DNA of 64,000 nucleotides from NCBI RefSeq assembly GCF_006345805.1, contig NC_043009.1:49600001-49664000 (forward strand), written 5' to 3'. This DNA comes from Octopus sinensis. Its lineage: Eukaryota. The notes beneath the pieces were generated by a model. That model did no database searches. It worked only from the letters and a program-made list of their open reading frames with translations, and was not told the origin of the DNA. How positions within the stretch are numbered: the stretch's first letter is position 1; each line of letters opens with the position of its first letter. The translations under genes and the position numbers were made by a program. Below, piece by piece: positions 1 to 14,334 of the stretch.

Positions 1-42
1 GTATGCATGCAAATGTGTGTATGTATGTGTATGTGTGTATAT

Positions 43-83
<41 letters not shown>

Positions 84-603
84 TATATACACACACATAC
101 ATACACACCCATACATGATCATACATATACACACATATATATACACATACATACATACATACATACACAAAACTTAGAAGTAAAACAAAAAAAGAGAGGG
201 AGGAACTAAAATAGATAAAGCGACAACACGACCGACATTCGACAGCAATAACAACAACAACAACGACGACAACAAAAACAGGAGAATGAAATAAAATTGC
301 AAGAGTTCAAAAGGACTAAGTCAGGTTGGAAGCTTTTAAAGTAGAAAACATTCCACAGCAGAAATCTACAGTTATTCTCAAAAGCAGCAATGCAATATGC
401 TTTTACATGATTCCTCTACAGATTAATGTTACTTACTTCTAGTCACAGAGAAACAAAGAACGGTACAAGAACTTTAGCAAATTGATCGTTGGAGACAGAG
501 GAAGAGGAAGAAGGAGGTGGAGAGGGCAAGTTTGGAGAGAGTGGAGGTGCAGGAGGGCAAGGAGATTTTTCTCAATGTGTTTATGCTTGTTTGTGTGTGT
601 GTG

Positions 604-642
<39 letters not shown>

Positions 643-781
643 AGTGGGTTGGGGTTGTTTAGGTTTTCTTTTAAATTTATTTATTATTGCTTTTGTTTTT
701 TTTTGGGGGGTTTTTAAATCTTATAGGATAACTTATGTTTGCACTCTTCAGGCAGGCAATTTTGATGATGACAACAACAAC

Positions 782-819
<38 letters not shown>

Positions 820-929
820 TAACACCCATAACAAAATCAAGATTACAAAAAAAAGAAAAAGACCTAAAGTAGACAAAAATAAAGGGAAAGAGGAATGATG
901 ATGTTTGATAAAAGGCAGATCACAACTAC

Positions 930-988
<59 letters not shown>

Positions 989-2060
989 AAGCAGCAGCAG
1001 CAGCAAAGTCTGGCACAGAGTCTTATTGTAGCAACCTCAATTACTAGTGTATGCTAGTGTACATATATATATATACACAAACACACACAAATGTACTAGT
1101 AATTACTTGAAGATGGTTCAATCTCTGGGTTTCTACTGATTTAATGTAAAAAGCCAAATCTTATGCTAAGTCCTCCCCTCATTATGTCCTGCGCAAAACA
1201 GAAACCATAATCTTAAACAGACCTGACTAAATCCCAGGATGACAGCAAGCTCACTAGAGGGACAGAATAGTTACAACTGAACGATACAATTTCAGAATAA
1301 GGAGACCAACAATTCTTGCAATTTGGGCCTCGGATGCCTGATATAATATGCGTGCTCGTGTACTTGTGTGTTTCTGTGTTTTTAGAAAGTGCTGGTCACA
1401 AAGCAATGTGTAAACACTAAAATAACTAAGTAAAAAAATGTAAAATTTATGTTGCAGTGTTAGCACAAGAAATTCTTTTTTTATTTCAAGATTTAGCATA
1501 TCAGTTGAAGAAACAATTTTGAATTTCAAAAGCAACGCCAATTTTCTAGGGATTTTAAAATGTTGTTGAAGTTGCCTTTGTTGCTATTTTACATCTTGTT
1601 TCCATGTTTAACATGGCAGTTTGTTGGTGTAATTGTTTTAACGGCTGGGGTGGATGCCTTTTGTATTTTTAACCACTACTCAAATATGAAATAAGCGTAC
1701 AATATACTTCGTTTCTTTCCTTTTCATTTTTATCAGTCAAAGTAACTGGAGACAGTTTATGTTATATATGTATATATTGCTCAGAGTATGACATTATTAC
1801 TGTAATACACTTTGAACTCACAACCAGATGGTGAGAGTTTCAGTACCCTAACATCACAATCAGATAGGTATCACAATTTGATAGCAGGGAATCTAGCTAG
1901 GAACTAAATTGTCAAACTAAATTCTATGTGGTGACTTTGTCATCCAACTTCTTCTGTTTATATTTTGAATCACTTTGAAAGGATAATTGAAGGTTTCCAA
2001 ATGTATAATTATTGTAAAACAAAATATTACAGTATAATAAATATAGCTTCCTACACACAG

Positions 2061-2091
<31 letters not shown>

Positions 2092-2439
2092 GCAGAATTT
2101 GGAGTGGTTTGGCAAGTGACTTGATCTGAAATTGTATGTTGAAAGAGAAATGATTACATAAGAGGGTCATTAAAGCTATAAAATACTATATTTGCTTTGC
2201 TTTTATTTCTTTATAATACTATCTTATTAAGAAGTGTCAAAAAGTTTCATTGCACTTCACCAACTCGCTCACTAGCATAATTCCACTGCATCTCTGTTAG
2301 TGAACAGTTCACAGCAGTTTTTGTGTAGATTTAATTGATTAAAATTACTCACTGCAATGTGCTTTTTGTGTTAGTTATACTTTATTCTATAATAAGTTAA
2401 TGTTAGTGTGTTAATTTGTTCCGAAACATAAATGTAATT

Positions 2440-2776
2440 ATGAGATGCAGCATGGATTTTTGTCAGTGAAAGGTCGCGGTCTTATAGTGACGAAAATATT
2501 TTGACAAATTAAGCTTAAATGTTGAAGTGAATCGAACGGCTTTTGCGTGTTTCTTAAATGGCTTACAAACACCTTCCACGCTGCAATTATTTTCGTTCCA
2601 GCACACAATCTCAGATCAAATCACTTGCTATGCAAGTACATCTCCGTAATAAATGTAATTTCTATAAAGAAAAACAGATAGTTCTCATTATTCTGCCAAG
2701 ACCACAAATAGACCACATTTGGGAATGATTTCTGTGGGTTTTTTTTACCATTTACAGGGTTTCAAGAGGGGTTAAA
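2440..2776. mobile_element. Probable DNA-transposon-derived fragment ending AGGGG-TTAA
   Basis: CpG-retaining block; a diverged inverted partial copy lies at 2112-2190; the right end resembles a piggyBac-type terminus; the left end was not found. Confidence 0.35.
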
Positions 2777-2860
2777 TAAACATCACAAGAACTAAGTCAT
2801 ACATTACCTACCGGACCATCAATGTTTACATCTCAATTCAAAGCTGAGTTAGCAAAAGGT

Positions 2861-2910
2861 ACTTACCTAAAAAAGAAAAGATAAAGAAAGATAAATATAA
2901 GATCAAACTA
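2861..2910 (-). promoter_or_regulatory. Recursive splice site (ratchet point) motif: polypyrimidine tract-AG|GTAAGT
   Basis: Minus strand reads ttatatttatctttctttatcttttcttttttag|gtaagtacc; the junction lies between 2867 and 2866. Confidence 0.4.
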
Positions 2911-3749
2911 ATATAAAAAAACAATAATAATTTCAATAGACAATAACAACTAAAATAATTTTAAAGGTTATGACAAATTGTTTTGGGAGGATCATACTGT
3001 TGATTAGATCAAACTTAGTCCTTGGCTGACATTAGTAGGATTTGAGCACATAATCTAAATGGACACAGCACTAATTTTGATCTCTCAATAATTAATTATT
3101 ACAAACAAATGCCATTTAATATGGATTTTCTCAATACTCAAAGTGAAATCATGATTAGAACAGTAGTCAATAGATAGATAAATGTTTAGATTATACACTC
3201 GTGATGTTGATACGTAAAAATATTGTTTTTTCATGGTCATTCTAACATCATTAATAATAATAACGGTGATGAAGATGATTTAAACAGAAGCACAAGACCA
3301 GAGCAAGGAAAAGAAGAGAAAAGGACAACAAAATGGTAGAGGATAGTGAAAGTGTATGAGTGTGAATGAATGAACATATATATATATATATATATAATAT
3401 ATATATATATAATATATATATATATATACACACACACATTTATATACATATATATATATACATACATAAAGGGGAAATTTGTTGATTTTATTAAATTAAT
3501 TATATTTCACCCTATATCTGTAATGACCATACATACATACATATATATATATTTGATTATTATAAAATGAATACTCTAAGGATATTATAGCTTCTGCACA
3601 CGTCATAGGATTATTTGAATATTAGCAAGAACCCACTTTCAGGATGAAATTTGGAATGTAATGGATTATACAGAGTTCTGAATATATGGTTACATGCCAT
3701 GTTTATGCAAATATTTATACCAAACCATCTATCTCTCTATCCATCTATA

Positions 3750-3870
3750 AAATGAATTTCTACAAAATTCCATTCACAAAGCTTTGGTCAACCAAACTGC
3801 CATACAGTGGGATTGAATCTAGAACCATTTGGTTGTGAAGCAGAACTTCTTAACCACACAACTATGCCGC
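3750..3870 (-). mobile_element. SINE family A 5' fragment
   Basis: TTCACAAAGCTTTGG...CAGTGGGATTGAATC..GAACCAT...CTTAACCACACAAC matches the reverse complement of the family A head. Confidence 0.65.
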
Positions 3871-4650
3871 CAGGACAGGAATAATGGTAAAAAAAACAAC
3901 TAATAAATAAATAAATGGTACAATGTGTAAAGAAATCAAAACTTTTGGATTAATCTCCAGTTTTCAGGAGAATTTAACAGCAACACACTGTCGTTATAAA
4001 GATGGAACAAAAAAAAAAAAATTAATACAAAAGTGGGAGGGAGAGAGGGGTATCTGGGGAACCAGGCATTATAAAACCATCCATCAATTGAATGATTTAT
4101 AACTTTTTTGCCCATCTGAAAGGTCGCTTTCATAATATAGAGAAGCACATGAATGAGAAATAGTTTGTTATTTTTCTTGCATACAGACTGCTAAGCACCC
4201 CACCTACAAAGCTAGCAACTGTCTTTTGTAATAAAAAAACAACAACATAATCCTAATAATAATAATAATAATATTGATAATAAATACAATAAAAAAAAAT
4301 GAAGATGGGGCAGCAACCATCATGAATATTTTCACACAATGCCTTTCCTCATCAGAGCATATTTGTATATCGTAATCGACGGGACATCTAGTGAGTCCTG
4401 ACAACGACAACAGACGTTAAACCAGACAGAATTGTAAAGCAGTTTAGTTATAAATATGGTATGACAAAACAGCACTGCTTAACATCAAAATCTACATACA
4501 TTATTGTACACACATTAACACATTTATATGTGCATGCTAACACACGTGTATATATAAACACACACATCCATTTCATACAAGCATACACATTTGTACATAC
4601 ACAAATATCCATACATATAACTTCACACACACACACACACACACACACAT

Positions 4651-4697
<47 letters not shown>

Positions 4698-7570
4698 TAC
4701 AAATACACAGACACATACATACATACACATATATACACAGATACATAAAAAGAGGCGAGTTAGGTCAAATTTATGATATATTCTTGTAATGGAAAAAAAT
4801 ATATAATATATATTCCATGAAAAATTTATCCAACCAAGTTTTGTCAATGCACCTCACCATGCATTCACAGACAAAGAGACTCCAAACTTACAGCAGGTGG
4901 GGTGGGGATGAGTGGGGTGGGGATGACGGCTGGGTGGAGTGAGTGAGGAATAAGTAAATAAGAAAGAAAACAAGACAAAAAGAAAATGTTGTGAATTTCC
5001 GAAAAGAAAAGTAGAGGTAACAATCCAACAACAGCAACCATCCCGTAACCCTAACACCCGCTGCCATGACCACCACCACTACCATCATCGCCATCATTAT
5101 ACACAACAAAATAAAAACACAAAGTCAAGTAGTTCCCAATTGAAATGAATATTAATTATAGCATCAGATGAAGGTGAGGGTAGAGAAGCGAGGATAACAG
5201 CAGAATAGGATAGTATACAGTGTAGTAATAGCATCAAATAGGGTAATGGTTAGGGTAGAATATGATGATAAATTTTGCTGCATCCCATAGTGACAGGTGG
5301 TATGGTAGGGTGTGGTACAAAATCCAACAGACAGAAGTGCCAATGAATCATAGTGATAGCTATAAATATTTAATAAATGTCTCACCATTTCCCTAATACA
5401 TCATTGTAAAGTGCCTTTGTCCACTATATAACTCTGAAGGAAAAATAACGGTAAGCAATGCAATCGTGTGGCGGGTTATCTTCTTCTGAGCAGAGGATTC
5501 AGAATGCAAGTTCTTGACATCAAAACCATACAAGAATAATGTGGTCGAAATAACCACATTTTTTTGTCATGTTCTTAAATCATGGATGGTTTGCCTGGCC
5601 TTAGATTGCCAAGACTTTCTTCAATTCTATCAGAATTAAATCTGTATGACTTATTGCCTTAGGGTTTCGGTCATAGAAGGGATGTAGTAACTAACAAAAG
5701 TATCCCAAAATAAATCTAATGCTGTGAGTAATGTACCATAACAATGATGATGATGATGACAATGATAGCAATGATAATAAAAAGGATTCCACATATAGGC
5801 ATAAGGCCACAACATTGTAATGGAGGGGTTGAGATATAGCTGGTTGAATTCTAGTATATTGCTGGTAATTATTTCACCAAATCTGGACTGGAAAGCAAAG
5901 TTGGTGCAACCTGGGCTCAAAATATAAAGTTAATTACTAGACATTTATTTGATCAGCACTTTACCATTTTTTCTGACTCCATTCTCCAAAGATTTTAGCT
6001 TAGAACTTCAATGAATATAAGAAAATAACAATTTCTACCATCCAATCACATTATTTTCTTCATAATTACTGATAACAGCTTTGTTGCATTGGTTTGTTGA
6101 GATTAAGACCTCTCACTTATGACTACTTCAAACCTCACCTTCTAAGCCTATAAAACCTAACCACAATTAAAGCAGGGTTTAGAGGATAATTAACAGAGGC
6201 TTTTGTTTAACCCTAAGCTGGCCTGATTCAGCAGTCCTATGATCAGACATCAAGCCAGAATGATCTTATATAATATCAGGAACTAAAATAGTGTGATGCC
6301 TACTGTAGAGTATAATTTAAGATGGATTTGGCTGCTATGTTTATCAGGGCAAGAGATCACACAGTGCAGTAAAGCAGAGTTTTCAATCTAACTCTGAATT
6401 AAGAAAAGTAAATTATAAATCTGATCCAATTAAATGCAAAGACTACATTTTTGCTTTTGATCCATGAAATAAAGTATCAGTTATGTACTGGGATCAAGAT
6501 AAAAGCAATTGCTCCTGCTGTCCAACCATCTACCAAATTTTTGACCTTGTACCTAAGTTAGAATCATCATCATCAGCAGCAGCAGCAACGTCATTACTAG
6601 CAACATTATTTATTTATTTGGTTGTATTTTTCTTACATTTCTCTTCTTGTTTTACTTTTGTTTTACTAGGTCAATTTTTTAACGATGAACTCAATTAAAC
6701 GAAAGGTTGCCTATTGAACTACTATGAACAAACAGGGATGTGTTGTTAGACAGAAAGATTATTGAGTATCGAGGATCACTGAGACATAGAGACAAACAGA
6801 AAAAAAAAAATTTAATTCTATTCAAAAGGCCAACAACAACTACTCAGGATAATTACCAGAAAATGAAATATTTATGAATGAATGAACAACTACAAAACCA
6901 AAAACAAAAATTTGAAAATAAAACAAAAACAAAAATATAAAATCAATATCAATATTAAGAAGAGAGTGACAGAGTGCAAATTAAGTGAGTGAAAGGTTGC
7001 AGGTTCAATTTCAAGCCCTTACAAATAAAGAATCAGTATGATTTAGTGATGTAAAGTTCGGCAGGCACAAGTCAATGCAAACCTTCAGGAATCTTCAAAA
7101 GAATGCCCAACCTCCTTCCAGCACCTCATTCAGGGTTGGGGAGGCTAAATATCTAGACTTGCACAAACCCTAATCAACTGTACCCACCAGGTCAAACCGT
7201 TATCGGCAGACCACACCACCCACCTCTCCCTCTACTGAACTACTATCAGTAATCTTAAAATAAGGTCAGTGTCAGGAGGAGAAAACAATCTGTCTGGCTG
7301 CCTGCTACCCCACCCTTTCAATCACACCCCCACCACCTCCATCCTTAACCTTGACTGTCTATCTTTGCTCTCTCTCTCTCTCTCTCTCTCCTCTCTCTCA
7401 CTCTCTCGCTGTCTGTCTATCTATATATCAAGCATAAACAGCAGTGTAAACTGACATGACCATCACTAAGAAATCACAAAATCAAGACATTATAGGAGAA
7501 GGAACACAGTGTGGTTAGAAAGACAAGAAGAGAATGACAAAGAGATAAACCAACCAACAAACAAATAAAC

Positions 7571-7623
<53 letters not shown>

Positions 7624-9307
7624 ATTAATAATAATAATAAAGGGAAACAGAAAAGCTATCTTTTCCCTTGTATCCACATCCGGGGAAGACAAAACAAGAA
7701 AAAGGGGGGGAAACTCTGGACCATGAAATACCTCCAGAGCAGAGAGGAAAGCAAGATGATATGGACTGGATGATTTTCAAAGACAGCAGATAAGAATGGC
7801 TCTGGCATTGAGCAAGTGCTATAGACAGATATTGCTGATATAAAGGGAGAAAGAGAGAGAGAGAGAGAAAAAGAGAGAGAGAGAGAGAGAGTGTGTAGGG
7901 GGTGGGGGGAGGGGGAAGCAAGGGCAAAGGTTTTTTTCCACCCAACTCTCTTCTATATTCAAGCCTGATTTAGAGGTGTCACGTGCAGGTTTGATGCATC
8001 AATGCATCATCTATCTCTCTAACTGATGGAATGGGTAGCTGGTTGGCTGGGTAGTTGATGTAGAAGTGTTTGTGCTTCCATTTATCACAGAACTTCTAGA
8101 TTATTGTTACAGAACACTATACATACACACACACACATATATATATATATTATATGATGATGACATATATATATATATATAATTCACAAACAATGGTTGG
8201 AACAATAGAAAAATCTATACACACATACACATACACACACAAACAAACACATACATAGAGAGAAAAAAGAGCACACAGAAAAGGAATCTACACAGACATA
8301 TGGACAAGCACAGATGCAATACATGTACTTGGAATGGTCAATTTATTTCAATTATCTTTTCAACCAGAACTTTCATGCAACACTTGTTGCTCATTTTCAC
8401 TTGAAAATTACAAAAAAAAAAAAAGAAAAAAAAATGAAAAGAATATGAAAATAAAAGCTAAATGAAATGCCATCCTTGTAACTTCTGACAGAAAGAGTTT
8501 TACACAAAAACAAGTCATTCCAATATATGAACAAGCATGATGATGACAATGACGACAATGATGATGATGACGATGACGATGATGATGATGATGATGATGA
8601 TAATAATAATAATGATAATAATAAATTAATTATTGGCTAAATGTTGTTATATAAAATAATAGAGAAAAAAGAAAGACATTTTTAAAATTCTTTTGGAGAA
8701 AGATTATTTTGAAAAATTAAGCTAAATTTGAAATGAATGTAGGGGATTGGAGAGACGAAATAAGAATTACATTTTGATTCAAGTTCTTTGATAAGAACGG
8801 CAACAACAAGAACAAGAACAAGAAACTGATAAAGAAGGAAAGAAAAGAAGAAAACGAGAGGGAGAGAGAGAGAGAGAGAGGATGTAAGAAAGGTGAAGTG
8901 AATGAAGCAGTTTGGGAAAATGTGTAGTGGTTAAGTAGATATTTACTGCAAAGAACACAGAGAATGCAAAAAAGCGTAATTAATCCACAACATGGGAAGA
9001 AAAGGAAAAGGCAGTCCGTTATCATTATCATCATCCTCATCACCAATAATTTCATTATCACGATCATCATCCAGCTCAAAGAAAGAACAACAATAACAAA
9101 GTGAATGAAGATTGGGAGATGCTGTGTGGATGGCGATGGTGGTGGTGGTGGTGGTGGAGGGATCATTTATCTTGGACTGAAATCTTGTCAGTGAAACAAT
9201 CAAAGACAAAGTAAAAGCAAAAAAAGGTAGCATTGAAAATATAAAAAACAAATGCAAGAGGAGGAGGCGGAGAATGGCTTGACCAAAGTAGAAGAAAATG
9301 GAGAGAG

Positions 9308-9338
<31 letters not shown>

Positions 9339-10239
9339 AAGGGAGGGGGTAGGGAGAAGAGAGAAAAAGAAACCAAGTAAAATAAGAAAAAAGAAAAGCA
9401 GGAACCATTTTATCTTAGAAGCTCTCTAAATTATTGGAGCAATAAATCTTTGGTATGACTAATTTAAATCAATTTTTAAAAACCCTAAATTTGATTTATT
9501 ACAAATTTTGGAGCACCCCCACCCCCCACTTCTACTCATTTCCCTGTCGAACATTTAAAATAATCTAACCAAGAAAATACAGGAATCACAAGAAAGTTTG
9601 TTGCTGCATATGATTTACACATGCATTTTTAAGTTAGCAAAGATCACAGAACGTAATTTATTTAGCCCTCTACTTTGTAGTAGTTATTATTTATGTTGTT
9701 GATGTTGTTGTCGTAGATGCTGTAATTGTAGATGTTATTGCTGCCGAAAAACAAAAACAAAAAAAATAATGTAATTAAAAAACAAAAAAAATATATAATA
9801 AAATAAAGCTGAAATTTTTTTAGAAAATTACCTTTTTTATCACTTTTCAAGGGATAGATTAAATGGAATTTTTAAAAGTTGTTATTGTTATTAATATTAT
9901 AAATTTAATTTTTTCTTTGTTTTATTTCATTTTATTTTTATTTTTATTTTATTTATTTATTTTTTTTTAACAGAGGGGTTATAAGCTGAGTTGCAGTCTT
10001 GAAACAAAAATGCACAGCAATGTTTTTTTTTTTCTTTTCTTTTTTTTTGTTTTTATAAATTAATCCACGAGATGGATTTTACAGCTAGCTATTTCTTTTG
10101 TCAAATTTCTTTGTCACTTTATTTATTGGGTTAATTGTAAGGAATATTAATTTAGCAGCAGAAATTCATAAAACTCTAAAAATTACTTGCACGAGTGTAT
10201 ATGTGTGAGAAAGTATAGATAGATATGTGTGTGTGTGTA

Positions 10240-10271
<32 letters not shown>

Positions 10272-10764
10272 TGTGTGTGTTCAATGCATTCTTTTGATTG
10301 TAAATGTTTTATCATACATAAATATATTTAGCACTTCCCCGTAAGCACCACCACCACCACCACCACCAAAATTAAATCTACTCACAATGAAGGAAAATCT
10401 TGTGTGCATGTATCATATGTGTTTCAACATGAGTGTAAGCATACATATTATATGTGTGTGTGTGTGTGTGTGTCTTACATGTTTGTATGCAAGTGCATGT
10501 ATGTGAAACAACTGAACATAAGTTTGTGCAATCATAAGAATAAGACGATGTAATACACTACAGATGAAAATTGATGTGTGAGTGTGCATACATACATATG
10601 TGTGTGTGTGCATTCTTGCGTCTGTGTTCATATATATATATTCCTTTACTTTTCTTGTTTCAATCACTGGATATGAGAAATTCTCAGTAGCAACTCCTAC
10701 AGATTTAGCTTTAATTAATGACAAAACTACACACACACACAAACTAAAAGCAATGTCTGCATTA

Positions 10765-10995
10765 TCCAGCATGGGTTGGACGATTCAACTGGGGTCTGGG
10801 AAGCCAGAAGGCTGCACCAGGCCCAGTCTGATCTGGCAATGTTTCTATGGCTGGATGCCCTTCCTAACGCCAACCACTCCATGAGTGTAGTGGGTGCTTT
10901 TTATGTGTCACTGGCACAGGTGCCAGACAACGCTGGCAAACGGCCACAATTGGATGGTGCTTTTTACGTTCCACCGGTACGGAGGCCAGTAAGGG
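10765..10995 (-). mobile_element. SINE family C copy
   Basis: Reverse complement of the 40394 element, extended 5' by a duplicated GGTGCTTTTTA(T/C)GT module. Confidence 0.7.
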
Positions 10996-11242
10996 CGGTG
11001 CTAACAGCTGTTTTTCAGTCCAACAATAATAGTATAGTTTGGTTAGATGTATTTGATAGATGTCCTTATGAAAGCTTGCATCTTCTCTTGTATACCAAAG
11101 ATACAGACTGTTACTTGTGACTGATATATTGCATCTTTCACTACCTTGCTTAATCAAATACATGTATCAGGTTGTATGTATGTGAGTGTGCGTGTGTATA
11201 TATATATATATATATTACATATATTATAAACACACTGCACAA

Positions 11243-11335
11243 AGAGGAAGGGCATCTGGCTGTAGAAAATTTGCCTTAACATATTTTCTCCAACCCATGC
11301 TAGCATAGAAAAGTGGACAGTAAATGATGATGATA
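11243..11335 (+). mobile_element. SINE family C copy with internal deletion
   Basis: GGAAGGGCATCTGGCTGTAGAAA...CCAACCCATGCTAGCATAGAAAAGTGGAC...(GAT)n. Confidence 0.7.
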
Positions 11336-11856
11336 AACACAAACAGATAGATATGCATGGATAGACACACCTGTATCAACATACACAAATACAGCTGTCC
11401 ATCAATAAATAATACCATTACAGTTACTAATACGGTTATACATCACCACTAGCATTATACATACTAATACAGTGTGATAAATCTATCATCAGACATCGAC
11501 TCCCATAAATTAAATTCACCCAGTTACCAATACCCTACCAATCTAAGTATATGATAATAAAAAGAAAAACCTATAGACATTAATATTTCTCAGACAAAAC
11601 AATGGTGAAAGCAACAACCAAAACAAATATAATAAAAAAAGTATCAACGTTAATTAACATCATCTGACATTATTTTCTTGGCATTTGTTTAGTTTAATTT
11701 AGCTAATTATTTTGTTTATTGTTTTTATATACATCACTGCCACCACCACCACCACCACCACCATCGTGATTTCATTTATTTGCTATATTTTCAAAAATGT
11801 CAGAATTTTACAAAAAAAAAAAAAGAGAAATAAAATAAAATATATAATATATATTC

Positions 11857-12029
11857 ATGTAGACATGGTTGTGTGACTAAGAAATTTGCTTCACAACCAC
11901 ATGGTACTGGGTTCAATCCTCTCCTAGGAGTGAAATACCTTGGCTAAGTATCTTCTAAGATAGTCTCAAGATGACAATTACTTTGTGAGTAGAATGTGGT
12001 GGATGGAAACTCTTCAAAAGTCTGCTGTT

Positions 12030-12076
<47 letters not shown>

Positions 12077-12310
12077 ACTCATCTGTCCGTGTTTTATGCT
12101 GACACCAGTAATATATGTGTATGTGGTATCACTTTATGCCAAATAACTTAGCGGTTCAACAAACAGGTAATACTATAATACTAAAATTAAGTAAGTACTG
12201 GACTGAAATAAAGAAGAGGGGATGGGACTTATTATAAGATTTACTAAAACCTTGCAAGTAATTCCCCAGCACGGCTATAGTCCAATGCTTGAAACCAGTA
12301 AGAGAACAAA
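11857..12310 (+). mobile_element. Diverged SINE family A copy with expanded internal (TG)n
   Basis: Colinear similarity to the 20331 element (CCACATGGT..GGTTCAATCC, TGTGAGT..GATGGAAACT, TTAGCGGTTC, AAGTACTGG, CAGCACGGC...GAAACCAGTAAGAG). Confidence 0.7.
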
Positions 12311-12535
12311 AGTAAATTTATTAGGACTCTTTAGAAAATGCATAACATTACCAACCACGAAGTCAACCACTCTGCCCTTGCTACACCTCACCATAAAAAT
12401 TCTACAAAATGTGTGTACATAACACTCCACATGCATACACATACTAACACAAACACATGAAATATTTCTAATAACAGACAAGATAAACAAAAGACGCAAG
12501 TGTACATACAAGCATAATAAACAAGATAAACACTG

Positions 12536-12671
12536 ATGCATTTACACACACATACATACACACACACACACACACATACATACAGATATATATATACATA
12601 TGCACACATATACATACACACATATACATGCATACACTCGCATATATACATACACATATATACATACATAT

Positions 12672-12708
<37 letters not shown>

Positions 12709-12920
12709 CACATATATACATACACACACATATATACATACACACACTCATATACATAAACACACACATATATACATACACACACATATATACATACACA
12801 CACATATATATACATACATACACATATATACATACACACTCATACACACACATATATACATACACACACATACACACATATACAGACACACACATACATA
12901 TACACACACACACACAGATG
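12536..12920. repeat. Compound CA/TA microsatellite
   Basis: Directly visible; produces the His-Thr-Tyr-Ile / Val-Cys-Met track ORFs. Confidence 0.95.
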
Positions 12921-13367
12921 TATAAAGAGAAACTTGTTTCACAATGGAAATAGAAAGCAGGTGTGTACGTGTGTACATGTGTGTGTATGTGTGTGTGTGT
13001 GTGTGTGTGTGTTGTGTGTGTGTGTGTGTGTGTTTATGTAACCCACCCTCACCCCCCACCTTTCTTAAGTGTTGAAATGTGGTGGCAATACAGGTGCAGA
13101 TGGAGGTCTGGGGGCAGGTGGGTGTACCGACTATGCCTGCCAACAGTCAATCAGATTTCAACTATGCAGGTAATGCAGAACTAGCGTGGTTGAAATGGCA
13201 GCACTACAACAACAATGACGACGACAACAACAACAACAACAGTAAACATCAGAAATGGCTGATGCTGTAACCCCACCCCCCCACCCATCAGATGTAGGAA
13301 GAACACACACATACAGCTGTGAAGATAATCAGTAGGGAGAGCCGTGCAAGGGTAGGTGTGATTTTGA

Positions 13368-13421
13368 GGGGAGGGCGAGTGGAGGTGGCGTTCCGGGGAG
13401 GGCGAGTGGAAGTGCCGTTCC
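13368..13421 (+). repeat. 27-bp GC-rich tandem dimer
   Basis: GGGGAGGGCGAGTGGAGGTGGCGTTCC followed by GGGGAGGGCGAGTGGAAGTGCCGTTCC. Confidence 0.9.
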
Positions 13422-13474
13422 GGCAGGGTGGATGGATTTCTCACTCTCTCACTCATTCTCTTTCTGTCTGTCTG

Positions 13475-13509
<35 letters not shown>

Positions 13510-14334
13510 ACTAAAAAGAAAGGGAGGTGGGAGAGAATCAGTTGGATGGCTTATCTAAACAGTACAGGGTTTCTTAGCTGTGATGATATGGTATCAAAAA
13601 CATCTAGAGTCACTCTGTTGAGAGTAGAGTACATTAAAGTGAGAGAGAGAGAGAGAGAGAGAGAGGGGGGAGGTATAAAATGCTCTATTACTTAAAGAAA
13701 AGGGAGAGCAAGAAGGAATGAGAAATGAATATATGTGTGTGTTTATGTGAAAGAAGGGGAAAGAGAAGAGAGAAAGGACGCAGAGAGAAGAAAAGAGAGA
13801 TAGGGAGAATTAGAAGGTATAGGTATGGAAAATCAGAGGAAAGGTAGGAAGCATGAAGGAATTAACGAAGGCAGAAAGAAGCTGAAAAGGTGGGAAGAGT
13901 TTAAAGAAGATGGGCCGGTAAAAAACACTAAAGCGAAATTGCTTTACCTTAGTAAAACAACAGAACTGGTAAAAGAAAGGGGACAGCCGGTAAAAGCTGT
14001 GAAAAGACGAGGACGGAGTAAAAGAAAGGAAGAAGAAAGAAAGATATGTAAAAAGGGAGGTAGCAAGAGAATGCAGAAAGATGTGGAATAATCAGTTTGG
14101 CAAGGTATGTTTCAAAGAAGGGTCTTCACTGGAGAAAGACTAAACAACAGCAGCAAAGCAAAAGGTTTCTGCTGTTTATTAGCAATGTTGATCTTGTTAG
14201 TATTTCTGTTCTTTTCTCATGTGTGGTGGTGTTTATCATTGCTTTTGTAATGGTTGTGTTTGTTGTTACTATCATTATGATAATCATTATTGCTGTTGTT
14301 GTTTCATAATGATCAAGCTATTGTTATGGCGATC

